The position numbers were made by a program, and so were the translations under genes. Shown piece by piece: positions 18,414-27,700 of a stretch of DNA of 37,977 nt (position 1 is its first letter; each line of letters begins with the position of its first letter). The stretch covers positions 1 to 37,977 of IMG/VR virus record IMGVR_UViG_3300037760_000162. One strand, given 5' to 3'. The notes below the pieces were generated by a model. That model saw nothing but the letters and a program-made list of their open reading frames with translations, did no database searches and had not been told where the DNA came from. The DNA is from a virus (taxonomy: Duplodnaviria; Caudoviricetes).

Positions 18414-19418
18414 TTATGCGATGTTGTGCTGGACCTTGACGATCCGGATGTTTTTCTGCTCGTAGACCCGTTCCCAGTTGGTCCCGATCGCCAACTCGGC
18501 GTTGGTCGGAAACTCCGCGGCAACGCTAGCCTCAAGCCACTTGACGCCCCGTGGGTGCAAGATATTGCTCCACCGGTTGATCACGTAAGACGTGTGGACC
18601 AACGGATCCCGGCCAAATTCGACCTGCCAAGTGCCTTCGCCGCCTTCCGGCTCGTCGTTTTTCCCGCTCCATCCGAGCGCAATTGCGCCGGAGCCGAACA
18701 GGTACGTCGTGTAGGCATTCTTGCTGTCGATGACATCCACCGGCATGCCATCGTCGACGATGATGCGCTTGCCCTGGAATGTCGCCAACATCGCGGATCC
18801 TTGGCTGTCCGGGATGTAATCGATCAGGTCCAGCTTGCGAAGGGACGCCTCGACGGCTGAATGCATGATGACAGCCTGCAGCTTGCTTTTCGCGTCGCCC
18901 AAAAGCTGGCCGCCATCGATAAAGCTCGTGCCGGTCAGGTAGTTGGCGCTCGTCGCCGAGCCGGACGTCTGCGCGATCGAGAGGACACTGCCACTCATTG
19001 ATGCCGCGGCGAACACGCCTTGCAACGTGGCCAGGACCTGCGCCTGGAGGCGCCGGGCGCGGTACGCCGCCATCAGGTCGGCGATCGCCATCATGGGATC
19101 GTCGCCTGCAAGGATGCCAGCGAGGTCGTGTGCCCCCCAGGCTTTGGCGCGCACTTGACGGCGAGCGATGTCTTTCGACGCTCCGATCTTGCCGACGGTA
19201 ACACCGGTGCTTTCGGTCACGATCTCGTCGTCTCCTGCGAGATCCTGCCAGAACGGCATTTGGACGGTGTAGCCGCCCTCGTTCGTTACGATATTGTCAA
19301 ACTGCGGGGAATTCTCGATGATCCCGCTCGTGATCAGCTCAGAGAGTGCCGCCGTACGCTCGATGAGGTAGGGCAGGAAAACCTCTGGCACAATCACATC
19401 TGCGATGCGTGTTTCCAT
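18414..19418 (-). CDS. Major capsid protein
   Basis: 'TRIADVIVPEVF.PY...MPFWQDL.G...R.KAWG..DLA...DPM..IA...MHS.V...LHPRG.KW...NWERVY..KNI' motifs of an HK97-fold coat family. Confidence 0.95.
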   Translation of the reverse strand: METRIADVIVPEVFLPYLIERTAALSELITSGIIENSPQFDNIVTNEGGYTVQMPFWQDLAGDDEIVTESTGVTVGKIGASKDIARRQVRAKAWGAHDLAGILAGDDPMMAIADLMAAYRARRLQAQVLATLQGVFAAASMSGSVLSIAQTSGSATSANYLTGTSFIDGGQLLGDAKSKLQAVIMHSAVEASLRKLDLIDYIPDSQGSAMLATFQGKRIIVDDGMPVDVIDSKNAYTTYLFGSGAIALGWSGKNDEPEGGEGTWQVEFGRDPLVHTSYVINRWSNILHPRGVKWLEASVAAEFPTNAELAIGTNWERVYEQKNIRIVKVQHNIA

Positions 19419-19552
19419 GGTGATGTAAGGTTAGGTTTTGCGTCTCTCTACGAGAGCCCCCGGCCCTTACGGTTCGCGCCGGCCCCGCCAGCGGTACGAT
19501 CGACTTTGAATTTGCCTATTCGCGCTGAGAGACAAAGTCAAGCTTTGTTAAC

Positions 19553-19584
19553 GAAAAGGCCCCCACCGGATCCGATGGGGGCCT
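19553..19584 (-). terminator. Intrinsic terminator after the scaffold gene
   Basis: Minus strand AGGCCCCCATCGG-AT-CCGGTGGGGGCCT followed by TTT. Confidence 0.7.
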
Positions 19585-19742
19585 CGCCTGGCCATGGCTG
19601 CGTCGCGTGAGGGAAGAATCGTCCAGCCTGGCCCTCCCCTCATGCAGGGGAGGGCCTCGCCTCGGTCCATGGCGACGGCATGTCCGAGGCTTACTCCGGC
19701 AGGTCGTGCTCGTCGCGCCGGAATGGTTGGGTTATAAAATTG

Positions 19743-20543
19743 TTAGATGGCCAGGCGTTGTCCAGCCTGCGCTGCCATTCGCTTGGCCAAGGCTGGATCT
19801 TCTTTGATGATCCGGCCCTGCTCGGTGAGATTGCGCGTAGTGGCCTGCCATGGGTTGACACCGCTGTGGCTGCCCCCGGTCGGTCGGCCGCCGCTCCCGG
19901 ACGATCCGCCGCCCGAGGATGGCTGGAACAAATGCTCTGCCTTCTTCGTTAGGCCCTCCATCCATTCCTTGATGGACATCAGGTCGCCATCCTTGCCGTA
20001 GAGCTTCTCGCCGGTCTCCGGGTCGTAGGCCACCGCCTTGCCTTCCTCGAGTTTGAAAACTTTCGCCCCGCGCCCTAACAGGTCGTCCTGCGCGGTTGGG
20101 CGAAGGCCAAGGTCGCTGCCGTGCTTGATCAGCTCGCCGTCGATGATTTTGTTAGCGAGCGCCGTGTTGGCCTGGTCACGTTCGTCGGTGAGGCGCTTGA
20201 CCGCTTTCTCATGTTCGGTCTTCGCCTTGTCGTGCTCGGCCTTCATCTCGCGCGTCCGGGTCTCGAGCAGCTCTTGCATCTCCTCGTTTGTCTTGACCTT
20301 CGCCTCCTCAATCTCCTTTTTCTTGGCGAGTAGGGCCTTGGCCTCGTCGGCAGTGATCTCGCCGTAGGCCTCGAGTTCTGCCTTGAGCTGGATATTATTC
20401 TCCCGGAATTCGTTCAGCCGGACCGCCGGCACCGCTCCTGGAACGTCCAAGAAGTAGCTGTCGGCCTTCTTCTGGTAGTGTTGCTGCTCAATTTCGGTCA
20501 GGCCCGAAAATGCCTCTTCGTCAATTTTGTATGGTAGCGCCAT
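19743..20543 (-). CDS. Capsid scaffolding protein
   Basis: Coiled-coil, charged protein upstream of the capsid gene; C-terminal 'HLF..S.GGGS...NPW.....NLTEQ..I...DP..A' motif. Confidence 0.85.
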   Translation of the reverse strand: MALPYKIDEEAFSGLTEIEQQHYQKKADSYFLDVPGAVPAVRLNEFRENNIQLKAELEAYGEITADEAKALLAKKKEIEEAKVKTNEEMQELLETRTREMKAEHDKAKTEHEKAVKRLTDERDQANTALANKIIDGELIKHGSDLGLRPTAQDDLLGRGAKVFKLEEGKAVAYDPETGEKLYGKDGDLMSIKEWMEGLTKKAEHLFQPSSGGGSSGSGGRPTGGSHSGVNPWQATTRNLTEQGRIIKEDPALAKRMAAQAGQRLAI

Positions 20544-20580
20544 TATCGTGATTTACCCCGCCGCATGAGCGACGGCAAGT

Positions 20581-21036
20581 TTAAACGTGCTCTCGGTAGA
20601 AGCGTAACCCCCGCAGGCGGGCCTTATATCGGAGAATAAGCTCTTGTCGCATCGCCGCCTCACTGTAGTTCCCCTGTTTCACGGCCGTGCTCAGCGCGAA
20701 CGTATTGAACTCGACTTGGCGAACGGCCTCGGCAATGTCGCCGTCCAGGATGTCGGCTAAGGATCGCTTGTCGCTCACTGCATCTCCCTTTGGCCGCATG
20801 GCGTTGAGGACGTCCACGATCTTGCGGGTGTCCACCTCGATGGCGCCGTGCGTGATCGCCTCCGCCCGCTTGTCGTCGCTGATATTGTAACAGGGGTAGC
20901 GGTCCGCTAGCCGGCAACTGGAGGCCAGTCCAATCTTGCCCGCCATCTCATTCAGCTCCTCTGCCGTGTCGGCCACCATATGGGCCATCAGCATCGGCCC
21001 GGATTGGTGGACGGCATTGTCGACGTAGACGCTCAT
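20581..21036 (-). CDS. DUF4031-like protein
   Basis: Start at ATG 21036; 'MSVYVD...HM.ADT.EEL..MA..IGL...Y.I...KRA.AI..GA'. Confidence 0.75.
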   Translation of the reverse strand: MSVYVDNAVHQSGPMLMAHMVADTAEELNEMAGKIGLASSCRLADRYPCYNISDDKRAEAITHGAIEVDTRKIVDVLNAMRPKGDAVSDKRSLADILDGDIAEAVRQVEFNTFALSTAVKQGNYSEAAMRQELILRYKARLRGLRFYREHV

Positions 21037-21542
21037 TCGCATTTGTCCCTCCACCAGTCCGCCCATTGCGTGAAATTTTCGCCGTTCCAGAAGCCCCAAT
21101 CCCTCAACCGCCTGAACCTGATGAACAGGGACCATGACGGCCTCCCCCCGATCAGCTCAACGCGGTGCCGATAAGTTGCGGGGCGAAATCGGGCGCCGAT
21201 CAGCGGCCAAACGCGCCGGACGCCATTTACGCTGTGCTCGTGGTAACCCCGCCAGATAGGGATTACCAGGAACGCCCACGGATGATCGTGGAGCGCCCTG
21301 TCTTCGTCCGAGCGGATGAACTTGTGAAGGAACAAACCAACACGCTTCCACCGCAATATGTACCACCGAATGAGGTAGGGGTCCCTGTCGCAATTCACAA
21401 TGACGCGCTTTTCGGGCCAGTGGTTTTTCATGGGCGGGTCGGTGTGCAAGTGTTGCCGCAGGTGCGGCTGGATTGGCGACCCGAAGATGGCCTCGAGCCG
21501 TTCGGCCGGCGTCATATGATCGCGATCGATCATGCCGTCCAC
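21033..21542 (-). CDS. Conserved phage protein, cupin-like
   Basis: 'PYL.RW...LH.F.RSD.DR.LHDHPW...GY.E...HRVEL...WGFW' motif; the start may be the internal ATG (MKNHW). Confidence 0.7.
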   Translation of the reverse strand: MDGMIDRDHMTPAERLEAIFGSPIQPHLRQHLHTDPPMKNHWPEKRVIVNCDRDPYLIRWYILRWKRVGLFLHKFIRSDEDRALHDHPWAFLVIPIWRGYHEHSVNGVRRVWPLIGARFRPATYRHRVELIGGRPSWSLFIRFRRLRDWGFWNGENFTQWADWWRDKCE

Positions 21543-21790
21543 CTTTCGCTGCTGAGTCTCAGTGCCTCGGTTTGAAGCGCCTCCACGAATGTCCCGAGGT
21601 CCGAAGCCGCCGCATCCTCATCATCATGGCTTTCCGCCAAGTCTGACATTATGGAAAACATCGCGACCATGCCAGCATAAAATGCCAACTTTATCTCGGC
21701 TTCCTGGATCGCCTCAATCCCGTCTGGCCACATGACCCTGACATAACTGTTCGCGCACTTTCGGATCAATCTCGCGGGGTCGGCTATCAT
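21530..21790 (-). CDS. Hypothetical protein
   Basis: 'Q..E...AFYAG' motif common in small phage proteins; overlaps both neighbours. Confidence 0.65.
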   Translation of the reverse strand: MIADPARLIRKCANSYVRVMWPDGIEAIQEAEIKLAFYAGMVAMFSIMSDLAESHDDEDAAASDLGTFVEALQTEALRLSSERWTA

Positions 21791-22044
21791 ACAACCCTCC
21801 AGTCCGGGTACGAGAACATGATCGATTCGATCTCCTTTGCCCCCCGCTCGATCTCACGGTCGAAGACCGCCGTCGGCTCCTCCGGTCCCGGCCGGGTGTA
21901 GATCAGCTCATTGCCGTTCCTCCTCGTGAGCGTGATCTTTTGGCCGTCCTCGCTGATGTTGACGTCGAGCGGGGCGAGTTCGTCGCCCTCGAATTCCAGG
22001 CCCGCTGCCGGGCCGCCTATTAATTTTATCAATTTTTTATTCAT
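21787..22044 (-). CDS. Hypothetical protein
   Basis: 'LIGGP..G' N-terminal motif; operon packing. Confidence 0.6.
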   Translation of the reverse strand: MNKKLIKLIGGPAAGLEFEGDELAPLDVNISEDGQKITLTRRNGNELIYTRPGPEEPTAVFDREIERGAKEIESIMFSYPDWRVV

Positions 22045-22048
22045 GTCT

Positions 22049-22474
22049 CTATCGTTGGTTGGTTCCCCGCCACTTGAAAGGGCAGGGGTCTGGCAAAATC
22101 CATAGGTGGCGCATGTTGGCCACGTCGACGATGTCCTCGTCGCAAGGGTAAATCTCGACAGCGTCCCGGTCGCCGTATCCGGCCTCGTGCTTGATCCGCT
22201 GGAGGTCGTCCCAGGTGATGCCGGCTTTCCAGTCGCCGGTCCTGGTCAGCTCGTTGCGCGACACCGAAATCCTGATGATGCCGTCTCTCTCTTGGTATCC
22301 CTGCACTAGGAAGGTGCGCGATCGCCAGACGGCCATCCTGGGCATTTCCCCTGGTCTTTGCGTGCCGATCCATTGGTGCTGCGGCACGAGCCGCAGCGTC
22401 GCTGGCCACTTGAGGTTCTCCTCACGCAGGTGTTTTCTGCGCAGGGAAATGGCTTTCTTGTCCTCGCTCGTCAC
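22049..22474 (-). CDS. Conserved phage protein (DUF7694-like)
   Basis: 'ITWDDLQRIK.E.GYGD..AVEIYP....VDVANMRHLW' motif; probable GTG start overlapping the upstream TGA. Confidence 0.75.
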   Translation of the reverse strand: MTSEDKKAISLRRKHLREENLKWPATLRLVPQHQWIGTQRPGEMPRMAVWRSRTFLVQGYQERDGIIRISVSRNELTRTGDWKAGITWDDLQRIKHEAGYGDRDAVEIYPCDEDIVDVANMRHLWILPDPCPFKWRGTNQR

Positions 22475-22659
22475 TTCTTCTCCCCTTTCCATATTGTCCA
22501 CTGGACGTAAATTGACCATCCAAGGCAGCCGTTCCGGTGCTTGACAATATCATGCCGCGTCCCCTGGTATCCGCAGGGACAGGTGCACGGAGGCTTCTTC
22601 TCGTCCTCCTCCCAGTCCTGCAAATGACCGGTTACGCTTTCTAGCCATTTCGCCATCAT
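22471..22659 (-). CDS. Small Cys/His-containing hypothetical protein
   Basis: CxCxC...H...C; 4-nt overlaps with both neighbours. Confidence 0.5.
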   Translation of the reverse strand: MMAKWLESVTGHLQDWEEDEKKPPCTCPCGYQGTRHDIVKHRNGCLGWSIYVQWTIWKGEKK

Positions 22660-22928
22660 TTGCCCTCCCTTCGAAACCACCGATTCCCAAATGCGCGGTA
22701 GGCATGGCCCCGATGCTCCGGTGACAATGCCCCTTTCTCAATCAGCCAGTCGACGGCCGCCATCGGACCGAAATCGCGCCGGCGTAGCTCGACGTAGGCG
22801 GGGTAAATCTCGGAGTAATCCTGGCGCTCTCGCTGCTCGGGCTCTGGCTTTGCCTTCTTGGCTTGGGCTATCAGGTCGGCGATCATTCTTCTTCTTCTTT
22901 CGTCACTAAATTCATATGGGTCTCGCAC
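22656..22928 (-). CDS. Hypothetical protein
   Basis: 90-aa ORF in the operon. Confidence 0.55.
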   Translation of the reverse strand: MRDPYEFSDERRRRMIADLIAQAKKAKPEPEQRERQDYSEIYPAYVELRRRDFGPMAAVDWLIEKGALSPEHRGHAYRAFGNRWFRREGK

Positions 22929-23000
22929 AGCGTTTCATATTCCTCTGATGACCGATCACTGTCCGGGGTCCTACCCTCCTCCTGGCGATCAGCTCGGCGA

Positions 23001-23327
23001 TCATTGGCTCTTCTCCTTGAGTTGCTTGGCCTGCAGGTAGACGTGCCTGGGGATCTCCCACACGTGGTTGACCACCGTCTTTAGCTCGCCGTCACGTTTG
23101 ATCGCGATCATGCTCGTGCCGACATGCAGACAGTCCTCGATGGAATCGATGGTGGGTTCCCCGGTCTGGAGGACCGAGAAGTGCCTGGTCTCTGCCTTTG
23201 CCGACGGATCGGTCAAGGCCCAAAGCGCCATCCCGCCGATCGACGGGTCGAAGGCGACGTGAATGATCGTTGCCCCCTCTGGCATTTCGATCTCGGTCGC
23301 CATTTTAAATTTCAGTATTGCTCTCAT
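23001..23327 (-). CDS. Conserved phage protein (DUF7352-like)
   Basis: 'I.KF......MP.GA.I..V.....LWA..DP......R.F....TG....VGT.......HVWE' pattern. Confidence 0.7.
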   Translation of the reverse strand: MRAILKFKMATEIEMPEGATIIHVAFDPSIGGMALWALTDPSAKAETRHFSVLQTGEPTIDSIEDCLHVGTSMIAIKRDGELKTVVNHVWEIPRHVYLQAKQLKEKSQ

Positions 23328-23352
23328 TGGTTGGGTGCTTGGTTAGGTTTGG

Positions 23353-23763
23353 CTAAAAAAAGGGCGGGAATTCGTCGTCGGGAAAGTCGTCGTCAGACTC
23401 GGAGAGCTGCCTCCGGATCGTCCCGCTCTGGTAATCTGCCATCGCGTTCCATATCGCCATTAGGGGCTTGTCCGACTGCGTGGAGTGGGCCGCGTTCTTG
23501 AAATTCTCGTAGTCGATGGCGTCGGCGAGCATCTCGGCCACGTCTATCCACTGACCTTTCGACATCAAGATCCTCCACCGGTAATCGGCTTCCGGCGTCT
23601 CTATGATGTCGTCAGCCGTGGCGGGAAGGCCGCGGCCGCTGTCGACGATGTGCTCAATCAACCGCTCCAGGTCCGCCTTGGCCCGTGACCGGACCTGCAT
23701 CATCCCGGGCCGGCCCGGGGCCTGCGTGACACTGTAGAATCCTATCGTCGTGAATAACCACAT
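23353..23763 (-). CDS. Conserved hypothetical phage protein
   Basis: 'MWLFT..GFYSV...VR.R...DL...DY.WR...IDY.NFK'; the start lies 7 nt after a predicted -10 box. Confidence 0.75.
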   Translation of the reverse strand: MWLFTTIGFYSVTQAPGRPGMMQVRSRAKADLERLIEHIVDSGRGLPATADDIIETPEADYRWRILMSKGQWIDVAEMLADAIDYENFKNAAHSTQSDKPLMAIWNAMADYQSGTIRRQLSESDDDFPDDEFPPFF

Positions 23764-23770
23764 ATGTGGC

Positions 23771-23799
23771 ATCATGCCACCGTGTCACGGAATGCGCAA
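23771..23799 (-). promoter_or_regulatory. Sigma70-like promoter for the accessory cluster (probably leaderless)
   Basis: TTGCGC-N17-CATGAT-N7-ATG; the spacer contains the inverted repeat CCGTG-A-CACGG. Confidence 0.55.
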
Positions 23800-23813
23800 G
23801 AGAAAAGTTGCGG

Positions 23814-24140
23814 CTACCTTCCGCCAAGTTTCGCTCGCAAATCCGCCGTGGCCTGAACGGCTCGAGCCCGTAGCTCTACCAATTCTCGCTCGGCCCTGAT
23901 CTTGGCGAGCTGCTCCTCCCGGATGGCCAGGTCCGCCTTCCGGATCGCCATCTCCACGTTCCCTTGCTGGTATGCGCTCGAGCGGAGATAATCGCAATAT
24001 GCCCGGACCGATTTCTCAACCTCAATCGGGTCAGTCTTCTCAAAGACTTTCCCGCGCAACGCATTCGCTTCCTCTGGCTCGATACCGATCAGGCCTGCAA
24101 GTTTTTCCAGTGTCGATTCCATAGTTCCAATTCTTGCCAT
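23814..24140 (-). CDS. Lambda Nu1-like (small terminase-like) HTH/coiled-coil protein
   Basis: 'LEKLAGLIGI...SVRAYCDYLR' followed by a coiled coil resembles Nu1-type small terminase subunits; short. Confidence 0.45.
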   Translation of the reverse strand: MARIGTMESTLEKLAGLIGIEPEEANALRGKVFEKTDPIEVEKSVRAYCDYLRSSAYQQGNVEMAIRKADLAIREEQLAKIRAERELVELRARAVQATADLRAKLGGR

Positions 24141-24721
24141 TCTGTGGCCGCCTCATTGGCATCGTCGTCCGGAATGTCGGACAGGCGCACGCGTTGGTTT
24201 TCCTCGTTGGCAAATGCCTGATCCACGATGTTGCCGAAAAAAGCAGCGAGGTCCTTGCATGCGCTCACCTCGAGGAATTCCATCCGTGGGTTAGCGTTAA
24301 GGTTCATTGACGTTCGGAGCACGCATGATCGCCGGCCGGTAAATACGCAGAACTTGGCGTGCGTCTTCATGATCCGAATCTCGGATCCATGGTGGATTAG
24401 TTCTCGGCTCAAGCGCGGCTGCCGGCTCACGAAAATGTTGTCTACCAGCCACCGCATCTTCCCGCAAATACCCTTCTCCACGAGGTCAATCATCCGGGCC
24501 GCGTCGTATCCGGCAGCCGTCCAAGTCGCGATGTCGATCCGGTCAACTGGCGCCGCCCACTCGGCTAAATGCTCGATGGCATCGCTCAGCGAAAACTGGC
24601 CGTGAGTCAGGCATAAAACCTCGCGCCCCTCCTCAAAATCGGCGAGTGCTTCCGCGGCATTCCGCCGGCTGTAATGGTGGGCGAGATACCGTGGGCATTC
24701 GCGGGTGAGGTGGTCGGCCAT
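24089..24721 (-). CDS. Phospholipase D-superfamily (HxK) protein, probable nuclease
   Basis: 'IATWT', 'THAKF....', 'TSMNLNANPRME' match the HxK...SxN PLD signature; the canonical Asp is not evident. Confidence 0.65.
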   Translation of the reverse strand: MADHLTRECPRYLAHHYSRRNAAEALADFEEGREVLCLTHGQFSLSDAIEHLAEWAAPVDRIDIATWTAAGYDAARMIDLVEKGICGKMRWLVDNIFVSRQPRLSRELIHHGSEIRIMKTHAKFCVFTGRRSCVLRTSMNLNANPRMEFLEVSACKDLAAFFGNIVDQAFANEENQRVRLSDIPDDDANEAATEWQELELWNRHWKNLQA

Positions 24722-24722
24722 A

Positions 24723-27700
24723 TCACTTCCGGCGTGTCATCACAAAATCAATTGCCTGGATTGTCCCATCCGCCAGCTTGATGGCGTTGGCGGGCTTGAC
24801 GTCGCTTGCCACAAGATCGCCCTTCGTCCAAGACAAGGGGCCTTCCTCGATCGGCGTCCAACCAGCCGCCTCCATGAAGCTGATCAACTCGTCGGGCGAT
24901 GGGGCCAAGCCATCATATCGCGGCTGCGTGATGATCACGGCGCGGCCGTTGTCCAGCAAAGCTTCGACCTCGATCCCCGATTTAAATTCCCCTTCGAAGA
25001 GCCGGATTCGCTCTAGAAACTGGTCAAGCGTCGCAGGGGCAAGCTCGTTGTCCTCGACGGTGAACCCGTACCGGCCTAAGGCTGCGCCGAAAACAGCCTT
25101 AGTCACACGGTCGCTCCCCGGCGTCTCAAAGACGATAGATTCGCCGCCGGCTCCCAGAAGCCGAAGATTTCCTTTTCCCGCTTCCTCGAATCCGAGCATG
25201 GAATCGATGCGCGAAGCCAGGTTTCTCCCGATATCGGGATCACGCTGAAAAGCATCTGTGATCGCTGCCTCAATCTGAGGCCCGTTCAGCGAGGATCGGA
25301 ATTCTTCAGCGCTGCGTGTCGGCGGGCGGCCGCCGCGTGCGCCTTCAGCATCTCCTGGGATGCCGCCGGGAAGAACCTCTGCTCCCATGGCTGGGTCTCC
25401 GCCAAGCTCTTCCACGATCGCTTTGAGGCTTTCTTTTTCGGCTTCGGCATCCCTCAGCTTAGCCTCGGACGCCCTCGCCGCAAGAGCATCTTTGATGCTG
25501 GCGTCCCAGTTGGACCGCTCCTCAGCCGTAAGCCCGTCAATCGTTGCCTGCTCGCTCGCGCTCAGTTTCTTGCCCGCCAGTATCTTTTCCTTGGCCGCAC
25601 CCAGCTTGGCTGCCACTTGATCCGCTTCAGCTTTGGCCTCGACTATCTCGAGCGCCTGAACCGGATCGCTCGCTGCCAAGCCAGGCTGCTCCTGATTCAG
25701 CCGCTCCAAAGCATCCCGCCGGCGCTGCGTTGAATCTCCGCTCGCAATATCCGCCAATGCCTTCTCTGCCTTCTCCGCAGCCGCTTTGGCCTCGGCCTGC
25801 TTGACCAGGTTGATCTGCGCCTTGCTGGGAAAGAAGGTTGGCAGCGGCGCCGGTGCCGGGAACACGCCCTCGGTCTCCGGAGGGAACCCGCCGGCATCAA
25901 CCGCCGCCTCGAGCTGGGCGATGGTGAGCACCCGGTTGTCCTGGTCGGTCAAATCCTTGAGCGTGAGCTTGCCCTCCTTCCAGAGCGCGTATCGGCCAGG
26001 ACCAAGCGCCTTCCTGGCGAAGGCATCGCCCTTGCCCTCGAGCCAGTCGTCATGGCTCAGATCGGTAGAGACCTGGCCGTCCATCGACGCCTTGGTGTTG
26101 GGCTTGATCTGGCTGATCTCCGTCTCGTTGAAGCCTTGTGCCTTGAGGTGCTTTTCGAAGGCCTGCTCGAAGGTGATCTTCTTCTTCTCGGGATGCGGCT
26201 TGTCGGGGTTGGCCTCTGCTGCTGCCGCATCGACCTTCTTGTTCGCCAGCTCCTTCCACGAGTAGGTGACCGGGTTCTGTGTTGAACGACAATTCCCTGC
26301 AACTATTCCTTGCGCACTGTAAAAGTTGAGTGTCGTTTCAAGATTGTGAACGCGACCCCGGCCCTCCCACCTTCTGAGGCTGATAATCTTGTCCGCCTGT
26401 ATCTCGCCAAAGTCCCGATCAAGGATCTTATGCGCCAGTTCCACCTCACTAAGCACGGCGTTTGGAAGCACCTCCACGCCGCCGGAGTAACCCCTTGCCG
26501 AAGAACTCGCTTTGCTAAGAACACCCAGGAAATCGCGGTGGAAAGATTTCAATCGGGCGAGAACTATCGATCGATCATTGCCGACATTGGATGCGACCTT
26601 GGCACGTTCTATGGTTGGCTTCGGAAGCGAAACATTCGGGTCCGCGACAAATCCGAAGCGATGAAATACGCCTGGGAAATAGCGAGCGATGAGACCCGTC
26701 GTAAATGGCGTTCTACCTCGAACAAGGGGTTCAATCATGACCCCGACCAATTGGAGCAACAAGCGATAAAACGCGCCCAGCGCTCTGATTTCATCAGCCC
26801 ACAGGAAACCACCCTGCGGTCGCTTCTCGCTGAGCGTGGTCTCTGCTTCGTGCCCCAGGTCGCGGTGGGTCGATATAACTGCGACCTCTCCCTCGGCCCC
26901 GTCGCCGTGGAAATCTATTCCTCGGATTATTTCCGATACGGTAACAAAATCGGAGGATTCCTGAAGCGCACCCGTTACTTCCTCGATCAAGGCTGGACCA
27001 TGCTGTTGATAGAATTCTCGCGACCGAGGAATGGCGCCTTTTGTTGGGACAAACTCGCTGATTACGTCGCCGCCTTCTACGAGTCCGCCCGCCGTGACGA
27101 ATCCCTTCGTGGTAAGTATTGGATGATTCGGGGTGACCGTCAGCTCCTTACCCCCCGCGGTTTTGATGGTTACGAACGGACCCACGTAGTCCCGAGTGTA
27201 GCCCCTTAGTATCTCTTGGCCGTGAGTATCAATACATTGACTAGCAAGAACACATTGCCAGTGTGCTAAAACGCCGGGGAAAGCCTTGGTGTGGCCAATA
27301 GGCTTCAGGTCCAGGTCCCAAAGTTTTCCGCTTAAAGCTCGACAGATTATGGTTGTGCGAGAGTCTAACACTGAGCTCCACTGGATCGCCTTCACCAAGT
27401 CTCCCTGCTCTCGAATAGTGGCGATCCGGCTTGAGTTCGCGATGCTTTGCGTTGCGGTCCGCACGATGGCCTGGGCCTCCCGCTTCGAAGGCTCCACAAT
27501 GTCGTCCTTGTAGTTCTTGACCTTGGTCCCCTGGATCCGCTTTCGAATCTCTTCCATCGGCTCGCCCAGCGCGATCCCCTGCTGGATGGCGCCCTTGATC
27601 CGGCGTTGGGTGCTCAGCTCTTGCCCGTTCCACCAGGCCTCCATGGGAGATCCTTCGATCGCCGGGCCTTTCGCAACGGCGGTCAGTTGCGCCGCGGTCA

